A stretch of 63,337 bases of DNA, counting the filler, from Atractiella rhizophila (taxonomy: Eukaryota), in NCBI GenBank assembly GCA_021432655.1. It is 34 parts of 34 records of this genome, joined end to end, with 100 filler letters (N's around TTAATTAATTAA, not from the genome) between each part and the next. Parts side by side here need not be neighbours in the genome. Positions count along the whole stretch, not along the records: positions 50,823 to 52,535 come from MU272876.1; positions 52,636 to 54,343 come from MU272877.1; positions 54,444 to 56,146 come from MU272878.1; positions 56,247 to 57,946 come from MU272879.1; positions 58,047 to 59,744 come from MU272880.1; positions 59,845 to 61,541 come from MU272881.1; positions 61,642 to 63,337 come from MU272882.1; 27 more parts are not named here. One strand, 5' to 3'. Shown here one piece after another: positions 52,015 through 63,337 of this stretch (position 1 is its first letter; each line of letters opens with the position of its first letter). The notes below the pieces were generated by a model. That model saw nothing but the letters and a program-made list of their open reading frames with translations. It did not search any database and was not told the origin of the DNA. The translations under genes and the position numbers were made by a program.

Positions 52015-52635
52015 TGTCTTGAGTGACTAGTAGTTAGGCCTTGCCCTGGACCAGCCCTGCAAAGGAGCTTGATGTCTCTCTAGTCATTCCATTCCCAGTT
52101 GGTTGCTCCGTTTGCCCGGAACCGACGACTGTTCTAGGAACGAAATGACCGAGTCATCTGAACTGGTTGATGGCGACATCCATTCGTTCAGAGGAAGATA
52201 AGAGCAGCTTTGGTGGCATGTGTGATTGAAGCCGCCAACTGGGAACATGTCGTTGACGCAAATCGAAGTGCAGTCTGAGCCCCAGCACCACGTCCAGTCA
52301 TCAGTAGCGGCGACGGACAGTCCAAACGCCGTATGATTGCCGACCATACCCTACGGAGCCAGCGGACTGGCAGATTCAGCCTTTGGTTTCTGAGTATGCA
52401 CTTCTCACGACCTTGAACAGTGCTCTTCGCATCAACTGGTAAGCAAGCATGATTTTGGATTGCGACTTCTCACGATATCGCTATAGGCTTATTTCCCTTG
52501 CCTTCTACGCATATTCAATATGGTTGTCACTCGCCNNNNNNNNNNNNNNNNNNNNNNNNNNNNNNNNNNNNNNNNNNNNTTAATTAATTAANNNNNNNNN
52601 NNNNNNNNNNNNNNNNNNNNNNNNNNNNNNNNNNN

Positions 52636-53256
52636 GGCGTCTTCGTCGTCAGTCGTCGTTTCGATGTAACTCTTCAACACTGGATAATCCGTGACCTCTC
52701 CTTCTTTACTGCCACCAAGACGATTCTCGCCTTGCAGACATTTGCGCTCAGTATCTTCATGACAGCCAAAGTCAGGACGAGCACAACTGTTGGCTTGAAT
52801 TCCAAGTCTCTCGCCAAGTCGAACAACGATGTCCCCTTTGTCAATTCCAATGGCACGCAATGCTTCGTTCTTGCAACATCGCAAATAAAAATGCATAAAC
52901 TAGAGCACAAGGAAACTCACCACGGCGCCGTACCGCTTTGTCTCTATACTTTCCGAATTTGCACGCAGAACTTTCACAAACTCAAGTGCTTCCTCGTCTG
53001 TAGGTCGTAAATACTGGTACCTTTCACGAATTTGCGGCGTCCTAAAAAATATATCGACCAAATTCTTTAATTCAATGAGGACTAGTCCCGCGAAAGCATC
53101 TTTCGCCTCTTGGTTGTCGACAAGCGGCCCATCTTTGGCGTTGAATCAATGCTGGTGCTGTCGCTCTGATTGGGGCACAGGCACTGACTCGGTGAGCCAG
53201 TCTGTGAGCTGTTTCCTTGTCGGGATGAGTCCATGGTTGTTGTCGCGTCGGAACAT
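52636..53256 (-). CDS. Hypothetical multi-exon protein, divergent from SEC8
   Basis: Spliced reading MFRRDNNHGLIPTRKQ...DAFAGLVLIELKNLVDIFF...RYGAV|NEALRAIG with a GTGAGT donor near 52920; family not recognised. Confidence 0.5.
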
Positions 53257-53345
53257 GCGGCCCCGAAGTAATCCCTCCGCTCTACGATAGATGAAGCGAC
53301 AACCCTCTTGCACTTATATCCTTCCTACACCCACAACAAGGCAAG

Positions 53346-54343
53346 ATGTCGCGCACCCAGCTCCCCTACGCCTCCGCCCGTCGCCCGCCGTCCCAAGATC
53401 TGCGGTTACCAACGGGTCCGGGGACAGGTCGTGCCTCTCCAGCAAGGAATGGAAATAATCCCTCAGGCAGGTCCTCTCCGGGACCGATGAACAAGAGTAC
53501 GCAGCTGCTAAAGCGTTTGGGAGGCGTGGAGAATGGGTATGGAAGCGGGGGGAGGGAGAGCGTGCACGACGAGGCGGACTACTTCGATAATGAAGGCGAG
53601 GGAGAAACTATCTCCTTCGGCTCTTCGTCCCAGACTCAAGTCACAAGTCCGACATCTATGCTTTCTGATCCGATGAAGAAGGATCAGGAGCTGTATCTCG
53701 CATCGAAATCTATCGCTGCTTTCACGAAGAGCAGCAACGTTGGTGGTGGAAGGACGGGAAGGAAGAGGCAAGGAACGGGAAGCTCTACTGGTACCAATGG
53801 AACCGCTTTCACGACGGGTACATATGCGCGTAGCATCAAAGGGGATGAACCAGCTGTCCCCTCTCTCAAGCGCCGTCCTTCGAAAGCTACCACGATGGGT
53901 CTGGGTGGTGGAGATGGCGGGATGAAAGCAGGGAAGGATTATCCGGACACTCCTGTGTTTAGGGAGCTAGCGGAGACGCTACGGCGAGCAAAGGTCGGCT
54001 TTCCAGGACTGTTCGTCGGCGGGGTGAGAGGTGATGGAGAGGAAGAGGAGGATGGATTATTCAATCCCGTTCAAATCGCGCTTTCGTTATTGGAGAAAGA
54101 AGGCGGAGACGCTGAAGACGGAGGAGGTGGAGCGACGACATCGAAGGAGCTGAAGACATTCAATACTCTTCTCGCTTCTCTAAACACAGCCGTCTCGCGC
54201 ACCCTCGATCCTACCTATCGTCCCCTCCTCTCAAGTCTCAACACGCATTCATCCCTCCTCTCTTCCCTCGGTTCCGCACAAAAGCAGATATTAGACCTCA
54301 AGAGAAATTTAAGCGAAGTTAGAGAAATGGTCGTTGGCGTCGG
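53346..54343 (+). CDS. SEC8: Exocyst component Sec8, N-terminal part
   Basis: Low-complexity N-terminus, then FNPVQIALSLL...LNTAVSRTLDPTYRPLLSSLNTHSSLLSSLGSAQKQILDLKRNL (Sec8 N-terminal coiled-coil pattern). Confidence 0.75.
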
Positions 54344-54443
54344 NNNNNNNNNNNNNNNNNNNNNNNNNNNNNNNNNNNNNNNNNNNNTTAATTAATTAAN
54401 NNNNNNNNNNNNNNNNNNNNNNNNNNNNNNNNNNNNNNNNNNN

Positions 54444-56146
54444 TCCATTTTCGTCTGAACCCATGCCCTTAAGCTCCTTCCCCGCTCTCTGATCCTCTTC
54501 TTCACTCATGTCTTCCCTGCTTCCGGCAGTCTTCGCCCGACGGTTGTACTCCATCTTAACCTTCCCCTTTACAAAATCTTTGAACTCTTGACCGTAAACT
54601 TCTTCAAAGAAAGCCAGCCCATAACGAGGATCCATAGCTATGACAAAACCACATTTTAAACGCATCAGATTGCATTTGAGGCATGGTAAGAGGCCAAGTT
54701 GATCAGACGAACCTGTAGCAAGTTGGTAGTACCACTTGTCTTTCATAATATTGTAGTATTTGTCGAGCTTCTTGATGGATGCTTCGGCTGCTGGATGCCA
54801 CCCTGCCATTGTTGGGTCATTTTTGAGCTTGACCTGTGTGCACCGCAAGCGTTCGAATGTGGGGAGGACTTCGGACAGACATGCATCCTCTTTTTCCAGG
54901 AGGAGAGTTGTCTCCTTGAAGGGCTGATCATAAGCATGTTGTTGATGATAAGAAAGCACAAGTTCAGGATAAATGTAAGAAGACCCACCTTTAGGCTAGT
55001 AGCAACGACTTTTACTTCCTGCGACTCAGACTCTTTCATTGTATACCGTCCCTAGTTATCAATGAATTTATAGACAAATTTATGAAGTGCCTGTGCAGAT
55101 AGGACACATTAGTAATATATAAAGGTGTCAAGCAGAAGACATACCTGTTTCAAACAAGACCCTCTGGTTAAAACATTATACTCTGAGTTCCATCCGGTAG
55201 TATTGTTATGCTTTGGCATAACACCACGGTTGATGTGGCCGTCTGGGTAGGTTTCTTGTGAGACTTTCTTGAACTCCGAACGCTGATTCGATGTTGAACG
55301 GATGATGTGACAGAGTTTGAAGAGCTGGAGTTACAATCACAATGTTGAAACATAGAATCAGTGCTTACTCACCTTATTCCGTGTCTGCCATTTACTCTTC
55401 TTCACAAAAGGGCGTTGCTTTAGGCCATTCTCCCCATCTTCTTCTTCCACACCCTCCAACACATCCTCCCAGTCTGACTCTTCAATGTCAGAGAGCTGGT
55501 CACTACCAGTGCACAACTCCACCTCTTCTTCTTCAACCATCTCTGTTTCATCCGTTCCCCGTAGACCTAGGTTTTTATCCTTTAGGTAATGATCTTCAAC
55601 ATCAGGAGAGTTTCCAACCCCCATGATGGAAAGACTTGCCTGAGCGGAAAGGGCAATGGCATGAAGGGAGAAGCCATTGTGTCACTTGTCGGCTTCCCAA
55701 AGATCATCGTGATCGGAGGAGATAAGGCCTGCTTGTAGGAATGGCCATAGCAGTGACGATATTTGAAGTGTGATCCGATCCAATGTTTCCTAGCCATCCA
55801 TATGCCACATTAAAACTTGTACTCACGGAAGTTAAAAAAATAGTTATGGACGCACCTAACTTATTACTTATCCTCCGATCAATGATGGTTTGCTTCAGCC
55901 TTCTTGCGAGATTGAGAGATGTGTGCGATTCCTCTAAGACAGAGCAACGCAGCACTCGTTTAATACACCACCAGTCTTCATCAATCCAGTATCCGATCAT
56001 GGCGCTGACCGCATGCATCAACCCAAAGCTCATCCAGCAGTCCGTATTAACGTGGATTTCGCCGTTATGTGCCTTTGACCGTTGAGTTAAGAAACTTCTT
56101 TAACCACAAGCAAGGACTTACATCTATCTCTTGTTGCACCTGCACC
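54444..56146 (-). mobile_element. hAT-superfamily transposase relic with introns
   Basis: NTDCWMS, GYWIDEDW, ESHTSLNLA, TRWNS, KLDKYY, MDPRYG; frameshifts present. Confidence 0.85.
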
Positions 56147-56246
56147 NNNNNNNNNNNNNNNNNNNNNNNNNNNNNNNNNNNNNNNNNNNNTTAATTAATT
56201 AANNNNNNNNNNNNNNNNNNNNNNNNNNNNNNNNNNNNNNNNNNNN

Positions 56247-57946
56247 ATCGACTTCTTGCATGGCTTCGAACTCCGCTGCACTTGCCTCGAGATCGTCACG
56301 GTTGCCACAGTTGTCTTCGTCATTGAAAGCGTCAGTGAGATTGGATCCAGGGTATCCACAGACCCACTGGAGGTGTGTGCGGGTTGAACAGGGACGGTGC
56401 GGCCGTACTTCGGAAAGTATTTCGCTTTGAATAGTTTGATAAGATTGGCCTTATGCTCTTCAATTGCTGCTTGTTCGGATGGGCTGAAGATTGGGCGCCT
56501 GAAAAAATTCGGTCCAAGTCTGGGATCAAGAACTAACTGTCATTTGTTAGAACAAACCAACTGAATGAGAGAGATCGGAACTCAAAGAACTCACGGGCTG
56601 CATAGACGTAGTAAGGGGAGTCATCTGAACGATAGTGGTACTCAGCAAGCTTCATGTGGGCATCCACCAGACCGATTCGATACTCCTTTGAGAGGGCTGG
56701 AGGGAAGTCCTTAATCGTCTTTTTCAGGTGGTTGAGCAAGCCGTGATACTGAAGGAGTGTCGATGAGAGGCATGGAGCCGTTGTTGTTGACCTCAAAACC
56801 GTTGCATCATGAAAAGCGGTTAGCCACTTGCAGACAATGCTAATTCCTTCCCAATCCTCTTCTGATAACCGTTCCTCATCTGATACCTCGTAGTGGTCGG
56901 AATACCGATCAATAGCGGTCTGCATTTGTTGGCAAGATCCAACATTTAATGAGTGGAACCCCATCGAGTGCACACATCAAGAATAAGCATTCTTAGAGTT
57001 GCGTCACACATACTCTCCAGTTCTGTCAATGCCTTCTCTAATTCCAGGAGCCAGTTATTACGCTGATTAGGGGAGGAATTCCTTTTATGAAAGCGCGAAC
57101 CTTATGCACCAAGAACTACAGTTTTACAGTTTGCAGTTGAAAGGAATGAAAGACACACTTTGGGAATAGCACCCTTGAAAGTATTGACCTCATCTTCGAA
57201 ATATTCGTCCTCTGCCCTCGCCTCATCATCATGAACAGTTCCAAGCTTCTCCGTTACAGACTCTTGATAATTTATCTTTCCCTTCTTCTTCTTCTTCCTG
57301 TGTCCATCAGCCTTAGCCCACACACCTAGAGAATCGAGCAGTGCAAGGACGGCAAGGTGAATGATATGCGGGAAACAGTGTATGCGTTGTTCCTTTGGGT
57401 CAAATGGAATGCCTCGTGAAACAAATCTTCAAGCAAGGGCTGTCATCATGCTATCATTATTAGATGCATTATCTGAAGTGATACAGCCGATCTGTTCTAT
57501 CCATCAGTACATACGGTGTAAACTCAAGCTGTAACTGACCTTATGAGTGATGCCAAAGTTCGTAATACACCTCCACACTGCCTCTGCCATATTCTCCCCC
57601 GTGTGTGATCATTGAAGCTCTGTGAAATCAAGGCCAACTTCAACAACCTCCCAGTCCTTGTTGATGTAAGTAGCAGTGGTGCAGAGAAAGGGGAAGCCAT
57701 TTTCAGAGGTCCATGCATCGCGAGCAAGGTTGACAGTTGTGTCCGCTTCCTATGCCAGATATCAATAAAAATTGCTCAAACAACTGTGAACGGCAAACCT
57801 TCAATTCTTGCTTAAGTTCTTGCATCGTAGCTTCACCCTTCTTCATCACTTTTTCCCGCAACTTCTTCCTCATCGGCACTTTCATGGATTTTGCACCTGT
57901 ATCAACATGATTTATCTCCTGATCACTTGCTCCACCCTCATCGTCA
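56247..57946 (-). mobile_element. Second, distinct hAT-superfamily transposase relic
   Basis: DAWTSENG, SHTGENMAE, ITSDNASNNDSM, RIHCFPHIIHLAV, LSEEDW, KLAEY, LDPR; in-frame stops. Confidence 0.9.
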
Positions 57947-59554
57947 NNNNNNNNNNNNNNNNNNNNNNNNNNNNNNNNNNNNNNNNNNNNTTAATTAATT
58001 AANNNNNNNNNNNNNNNNNNNNNNNNNNNNNNNNNNNNNNNNNNNNGACAGTCAATTGAGAAGCAGATGTGATTGAGCATCATCCTATGTTAGGTTCACT
58101 GGCTTCTGCTTTTGATAGTTTGGTTGTCTTGATCTCGATCTTGATGGCTTTTGGACAGAGATGGGTTTGCCATTCTCTTAACCAATGTTTGAGACCTCCA
58201 GATTATAAGTGGGTAGAAGATTTTTGAGGCTGGCACAGTTGTTACTTCCAATGCCTTCTTTTCCTTCCCCCTCTATGTAACGTTCTTTCCTCCCAGAGCC
58301 TCAAGGAACCCTGCTGCCTTTTTCACAGACTCGGCCGTTGAGGCATTTGCTGCTTAAGTATGATTTATGTGAGCTGATCCCCAGTAAAATTAAGATGATA
58401 GAAAGATTATAATGCAATGAAGACTACATACCTGATTTCTAGTGAAATGAGATAGTAGAATTAAGTAATGAGTCTCACACTTGTAGGTCGATAGGCTTTA
58501 ATGGCAGAGAGATCCATGTGGCAAAAGTGTTGGCTACAATTTCCACAACTATGACTTACATCCTACTTTCCACTTATTTCAATTTCCTCCATAACTCCAT
58601 TTATTTTTAATCTTAAAACTCTCTTTATAAGCATGTCCTTTATGTCCTATAGTGTAGTTGAATTCTGTTGCTAACAATGCATGAATGGGCGTAATGGGAG
58701 ATCTGTCTCCACCTTAGGTACAAGTATCTGTGGGTGTACTGTTGTCACTGTATCGATCCCAGCCCCTAATTTTCAAGAACTAGTCTTACGAACGTTTTCT
58801 TGGTTATATTATCCGTCCGTTGGGAGGTTAACTCTATCCTCTAAACTCTGAAATTTGTCATCCACCACCTATAGGATCTTTATTTCCCTATATTGCTCAC
58901 CTGTTGTATCACATAATACAAGCCTTAAAAATCCCTGCCCTTTCGCTCTCATTACCTTAAAATCTGAAGTGGAATTTCAAGAGATTCAATTGTTGTACTT
59001 GAGCTGAGCTATGGATGGAAAAGTTACCTTGCTTTCTGCTCCTCTCTGGCTGACAGGCTTTACATAGACGTCTAGCATGGAATGACATATTCTATCTTAA
59101 TTATGCTCTTAGTCTGATGGATCTTTCATGAGCATCTGGACTCTAGAATGGTTGACTAATGTTTATTGTTGCTAATAGACTATTATTCTTATACATATGA
59201 AGTACCAATCCAAAGATGAGATCATATCATTTTTCCCTGTAGTAATAATACTGAAGTTAATTCTCACCATCAAGCCGCTTGTCCATCCCTCCAATATAAT
59301 TCAAACCCTTTTTCCAACTCCAACTGATAACTTGTATGCTCTATCCTAATCCATTCACTATACTTTGCTGCTGGCAGAAGATCCACAGGAAAATTTTGAG
59401 TTGAGGAGTAGAAGTTGAAGTAGGGATGGCGAGATGGTGGAACATCCAGGTATCTATTGCTGTCTACTTGATATTTATTGGCTGCATGTGGAAAGCGCAA
59501 AGGAAAAAGTACATGTGTAGACTCCTTGCCTTCACTAATTAGAGATGCAACAAA

Positions 59555-59690
59555 TAGTACTTACGAGTATGGGTACCCTTGCTCATGAGTATCGATCAGC
59601 TTAGAGCCTGATTTGTAACTTGTCGTGACCTTTGACACAGGTACCCTTATACTCATGAGTACTACTCACGGGTACCCTTGTATTAACTTA
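59555..59690. repeat. Cluster of short palindromes (GGTACC x3, CTCATGAG x2), possible DNA-transposon subterminal region
   Basis: GGGTACCCTTGCTCATGAGT ... GGTACCCTTATACTCATGAGTACTACTCACGGGTACCC at the end of an AT-rich, ORF-poor contig. Confidence 0.55.
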
Positions 59691-59844
59691 GACTCTACTC
59701 ATCGACATAATTTTACAGTTTAGGCACAATTAGTTTACATAGATNNNNNNNNNNNNNNNNNNNNNNNNNNNNNNNNNNNNNNNNNNNNTTAATTAATTAA
59801 NNNNNNNNNNNNNNNNNNNNNNNNNNNNNNNNNNNNNNNNNNNN

Positions 59845-61460
59845 AAGATTCCTGTGCCGCTTCACGTACGTCGCCATTTGAGTCTCCGATGTTGGAGACC
59901 ATCGCAGCAGCGAATGGGGAGAGGAGAGGTTTGGGAGGCGGGACGGTGGTGGTTGAGAGAGCGCGGGAGAGGAACTGCAAGGTGCTGATTTTGACGGCTG
60001 GTGTCTTGTGAGATAGATAAGGAATAGTCTCCTCTAGTATATCTGGGAGGGTCGTGCTGGCAAAGACCGCGTCTAGGGCTGCAGCTAAAGCTTCTACCAC
60101 ACTTGCCTTCTTCTCTTTCAACCTCTCCAACAACGACTTGTAACACCCATCTTTGTATCGTCCAAACGTCGATCGCAGACCTTTCGCGAGTCCGGTTAGA
60201 CATTGAGCAGCCAGAGTGACGCAAATGACGTTTGAGTCTTTCTCCACTCTTACCCCGAGCTCCTTCACCAATTGGCCATAATCATCACCCTCCGCAAGTT
60301 TTGGGGTATTATTCAGTATCTCAAGCAAAGGCTCGAGCGCTTCCTCTTTCCTTTCCTTCCACTTCGAGCTCGCAATCTTAGCCCAAAATTCGCCAGGCAG
60401 CTTATTCATAATCGGTTTCGCTTCCATCAAGTCCATCGGGTCCATTTCCGCTTCTGGTTCTTCCCCTCCAGCCGCTCCATCTCCACCACCGGACGAGCCC
60501 TCCAATTGTCCTTCAGCCTCGCGTACAATCTTATCCCTCGTCTGTGCGCGCGTCAATCTCTCCTGTTTCGCAGTCCCCGCTCCCGCGCCAGACGCGTCGA
60601 GTTCGGAAAATTTGGATTGCAGTTCAGTCAGCTGGATGGGCTTGAGAGGAGGATCGAGGGTGGACAGAGCGGATGTGAGGGTGGAGCCTAGGTACGCGTA
60701 TAAGTTGCAGACTAGGGTCGTGCCTTCGGCTCGAACAGACTTGTCGTTGTGTGCGAAGATGCGCGGAAGGGAGGAGAGGACGAGCTTGGGAGGAACGATT
60801 TTCGGACCGAATTGCCTGCATGCCATCCCAATGAATACCGCTGTAACAACCCACAACCCGCTACGAATGGACAGGAATAGGATGAGAACACGTACCGAAC
60901 AATGCTTCCCATTGCAGTCACACAACCAGCGACTACCTTGGGCCCTTTGTTCCCTATCCCAGCATCGCTTCCAAGTATTTCAAACACGGCTTTCGCTCCT
61001 TCTTCACCCTCACACTCAACCCATCCTTCCAGACACTCGATGGCTTTCTTCTTCGTACCGGCGCGGGTATTTCCCACTCCTTTCTCCACCAAACCCTCTA
61101 TTATTCCCCCGCTTTCCCTAACGGACTTGAGGCCGCGGGATCCAACGACAGATATAAAAGATGATAGGGAAGAGAGCGCAGATTCGTGTGCGACCGCATT
61201 TGCTTCGCGAGTCAGAAGGGAGAGCAGAGAAGGGTTGTTGATGTATGGCGTTAATGAGGGATCGGAAGCGGGCGTAAGAGATGGCTGAAGCGAGGAGAAT
61301 AAAGAGGAAAGTGCATGATATCCGGATAGACGTGCTTTCCAGTTCTACTCGACGCAATCAGCACCAATCTGGAGGAGGTGCGAAGACACACCTTGTGCTT
61401 TATACGGTCCTCGATGGTGAGTTTGTCAAAGTCCTCTTCTGCGGGTGGACCACCATCCAT
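59845..61460 (-). CDS. STU2: XMAP215/Dis1/Stu2 microtubule polymerase (TOG1-TOG2), 3' truncated
   Basis: EEDFDKLTIEDRIKHK, PKVVAGC, FAHNDKSVRAEG, SSKWKERKEEAL, LLERLKEKKASV. Confidence 0.95.
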
Positions 61461-61641
61461 GATGAGGCTGGTGCAGGAATCTACAAGCGGAGGAGATCGT
61501 CGTCAATATGCAGGCGTTTTCCAGGCGTGACTTAGTCCGAGNNNNNNNNNNNNNNNNNNNNNNNNNNNNNNNNNNNNNNNNNNNNTTAATTAATTAANNN
61601 NNNNNNNNNNNNNNNNNNNNNNNNNNNNNNNNNNNNNNNNN

Positions 61642-62252
61642 GCAAACTCGATATACGCGAATCTACATCACATTCAGAGTACTTCCTGCATGGCATAAGG
61701 CTGCTACCCTTTGGGATGTCCAGTAAATTTGTCACAAAGTATGGTCACGCGGTTAATCGTTCCACAGGATTGGAAGTGTGTCTGGATCTCTTCTGGAGTG
61801 GAGCCATAGTCTCTGTAGCTAGGTTAGTCGAGTTGAAGATGGCAGTCTGTGACCGTACACCTTAAACCATACTTAGTTCTATCACTGTAAGGCAAAGCAG
61901 CCTCACATTACCAACAAAAACACTGCGAGCATCCACAATTTCCTTCTCCTCCAATCCTGTGGAAGATTGAGCATCCACATCAGCGTTCATCTCCCTGTCG
62001 ACCTCTGCTTGCATCTCGCGCAACTTCGCAGCTTCCGCTTCCATTTCCTTCACACGTTTCTTCATGGCTAAAGGCCTCAGCTCAATGACTAGACAACAGG
62101 AACGACAAGGGTGACTTGGACAGACCTTCGAGTTCCTGAAACCACCTCAGTGTTGACAAATGTCATTTGGGACAAAACTAGCTTACCTTGTCACCATCTT
62201 CTCCGTCTGCGTTCTCGTGGCCCACTGGTGATGAAGGGCGGGAGTCTGGCAT
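61642..62252 (-). CDS. pab2: Nuclear poly(A)-binding protein PABPN1/Pab2, 3' truncated
   Basis: [71 protein letters not shown]; needs 10-nt and 2-nt exons. Confidence 0.95.
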
Positions 62253-63018
62253 TGAAGGGAAACAAGAGCTCTGCTCTCTGAAAAATCGAGGAAAATGCAG
62301 CTCAAGAATGAAGTGGGATGTGAACACGTGACTACTTTTCAACTTGCTAATTACTACACCTCATCTTCACGTTTCTGATGGACATTTCTTTGCACCTAGA
62401 TAGAGCTTCAATCTTCGCATGCGATAGTCCTTCTGCTCCCTAGTAATGAGCCACCTATGTCTCATTTCATGTGATGCTCTGCTTTACATTGAAGTTGTAT
62501 CTCTTCTTGACAGTTTGATTTCCTCCCTTCCGGTACCTCTCCGTTCTCTTTTAGCCATCGCGACATCAGCCAATCCTTCACCACAATCATGCTATTGTTA
62601 CCTTGTCCGCTTCATTAGGGGGAAGTAATGTTGACTTTTGGTGATGTAGTTTACATTGACTTACCAGAGCTACGTTGACGACGCTGACAGCTCTTTAATA
62701 TGATTACAACAACAACGACAATCATTCTGCGCAACTTCCGTCAACTGTCAGTACTGGATGTATTAATAAACATGGTTTTAAACTTTCCTATGCCCTTATT
62801 TTCACATAATCTGTTCACTGCACATAAGATTGAGGCTTGTGTGAGTGGCGGTAGCGACAAAGACACTGAGAAGATAATTTACTATAAAATCACAATGTGA
62901 TTGCAATTGTTGGGGACCACAGCTCAAGAGCGAGTCCACTGACTCGAGAGAGCATAATGCATGGAGGTACTTCTTTTTGCGGTCGCTCTTGCTCTTTGAA
63001 TGCTTGTGGTCGTGGTGC

Positions 63019-63337
63019 CTATGTCGGATTATCAGCATACACATCCTTGATGTTGGGAAATAACTCGCCCGATTGAGGTACGCGACTTGTCGCTCTGCGA
63101 GGGCGAATCTCTGTAACTAGCACTTTGCGAGCACGTTGATTGACCTGTACAGGTTCGTACGCTTGCCTCGCTCGTTTCCCAAAATTTTCCGCTTTCTCGC
63201 GCTCTGCTTCTTCCTTGGAGGAATAATATGCTCGCCATGATATTGAGCTTAGTCTCAATTCACTGGTTTCAGGCCACCGCGTTATCACGAGTTTGAACCA
63301 AATTTCTTCCGCTTCTTTCAGTATATGCTGAGGTAAC
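63019..63337 (-). CDS. Probable Elongin A-like protein, C-terminal fragment
   Basis: PQHILKEAEEIWFKLVITRWP...SWRAYYSSKEEAEREKAENFGKRARQAY resembles the Elongin A (SIII A3) domain. Confidence 0.5.
   Translation of the reverse strand, partial: LPQHILKEAEEIWFKLVITRWPETSELRLSSISWRAYYSSKEEAEREKAENFGKRARQAYEPVQVNQRARKVLVTEIRPRRATSRVPQSGELFPNIKDVYADNPT

Noticed and set aside
1829..61641. Regularly spaced TTAATTAATTAA repeats as a CRISPR-like or biological array
   Set aside because: Each sits inside fixed N runs, is a six-frame stop linker, and separates length-sorted contigs: an assembly or packaging artefact.
1..63337. Gene clusters or operons across neighbouring segments (e.g. adjacent hAT relics at 54444-57946; integrase next to TPR)
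   Set aside because: The neighbours are on different contigs ordered only by length, so no linkage can be inferred.
1..63337. tRNA, rRNA or other ncRNA genes
   Set aside because: None recognised by eye; tRNAscan-SE and Infernal would be needed to exclude them.

Overview
This window is not contiguous DNA. It is 34 short contigs (1828 bp falling steadily to 1696 bp, i.e. sorted by length) joined by 33 artificial 100-bp linkers (N44-TTAATTAATTAA-N44, a six-frame stop), so adjacency across linkers has no biological meaning. The contigs come from an intron-rich fungal nuclear genome, most likely a basidiomycete (DUF6533/DUF6534 membrane proteins, introns mostly ~45-60 nt). Recognisable gene fragments: m-AAA protease, Irc6/p34, IQGAP, SUN protein, FPGS, aryl-alcohol dehydrogenase (two pieces), MFS transporter, Tup1-like WD40, THI74-like transporter, MCM-BP, Gfo/Idh/MocA oxidoreductase, citrate carrier, Rpn1, Sec8, XMAP215/Stu2, PABPN1/Pab2, probable Elongin A and a P450 N-terminus. 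Decayed mobile elements: tyrosine-recombinase (DIRS/Ngaro) retroelement, copia RT/RNase H and LTR, pogo-like, two hAT, and a probable Helitron 3' end. The most notable observations are a predicted 2-nt microexon in pab2, a divergent F-box/LRR-like paralog family (one member needing a GC-AG intron), NLR-like 40-aa TPR repeats in two contigs, and a minisatellite-bearing Helitron end. I found no clear multi-gene novel system, and the contigs are too short to show one. All calls are manual motif recognition; no searches were run.
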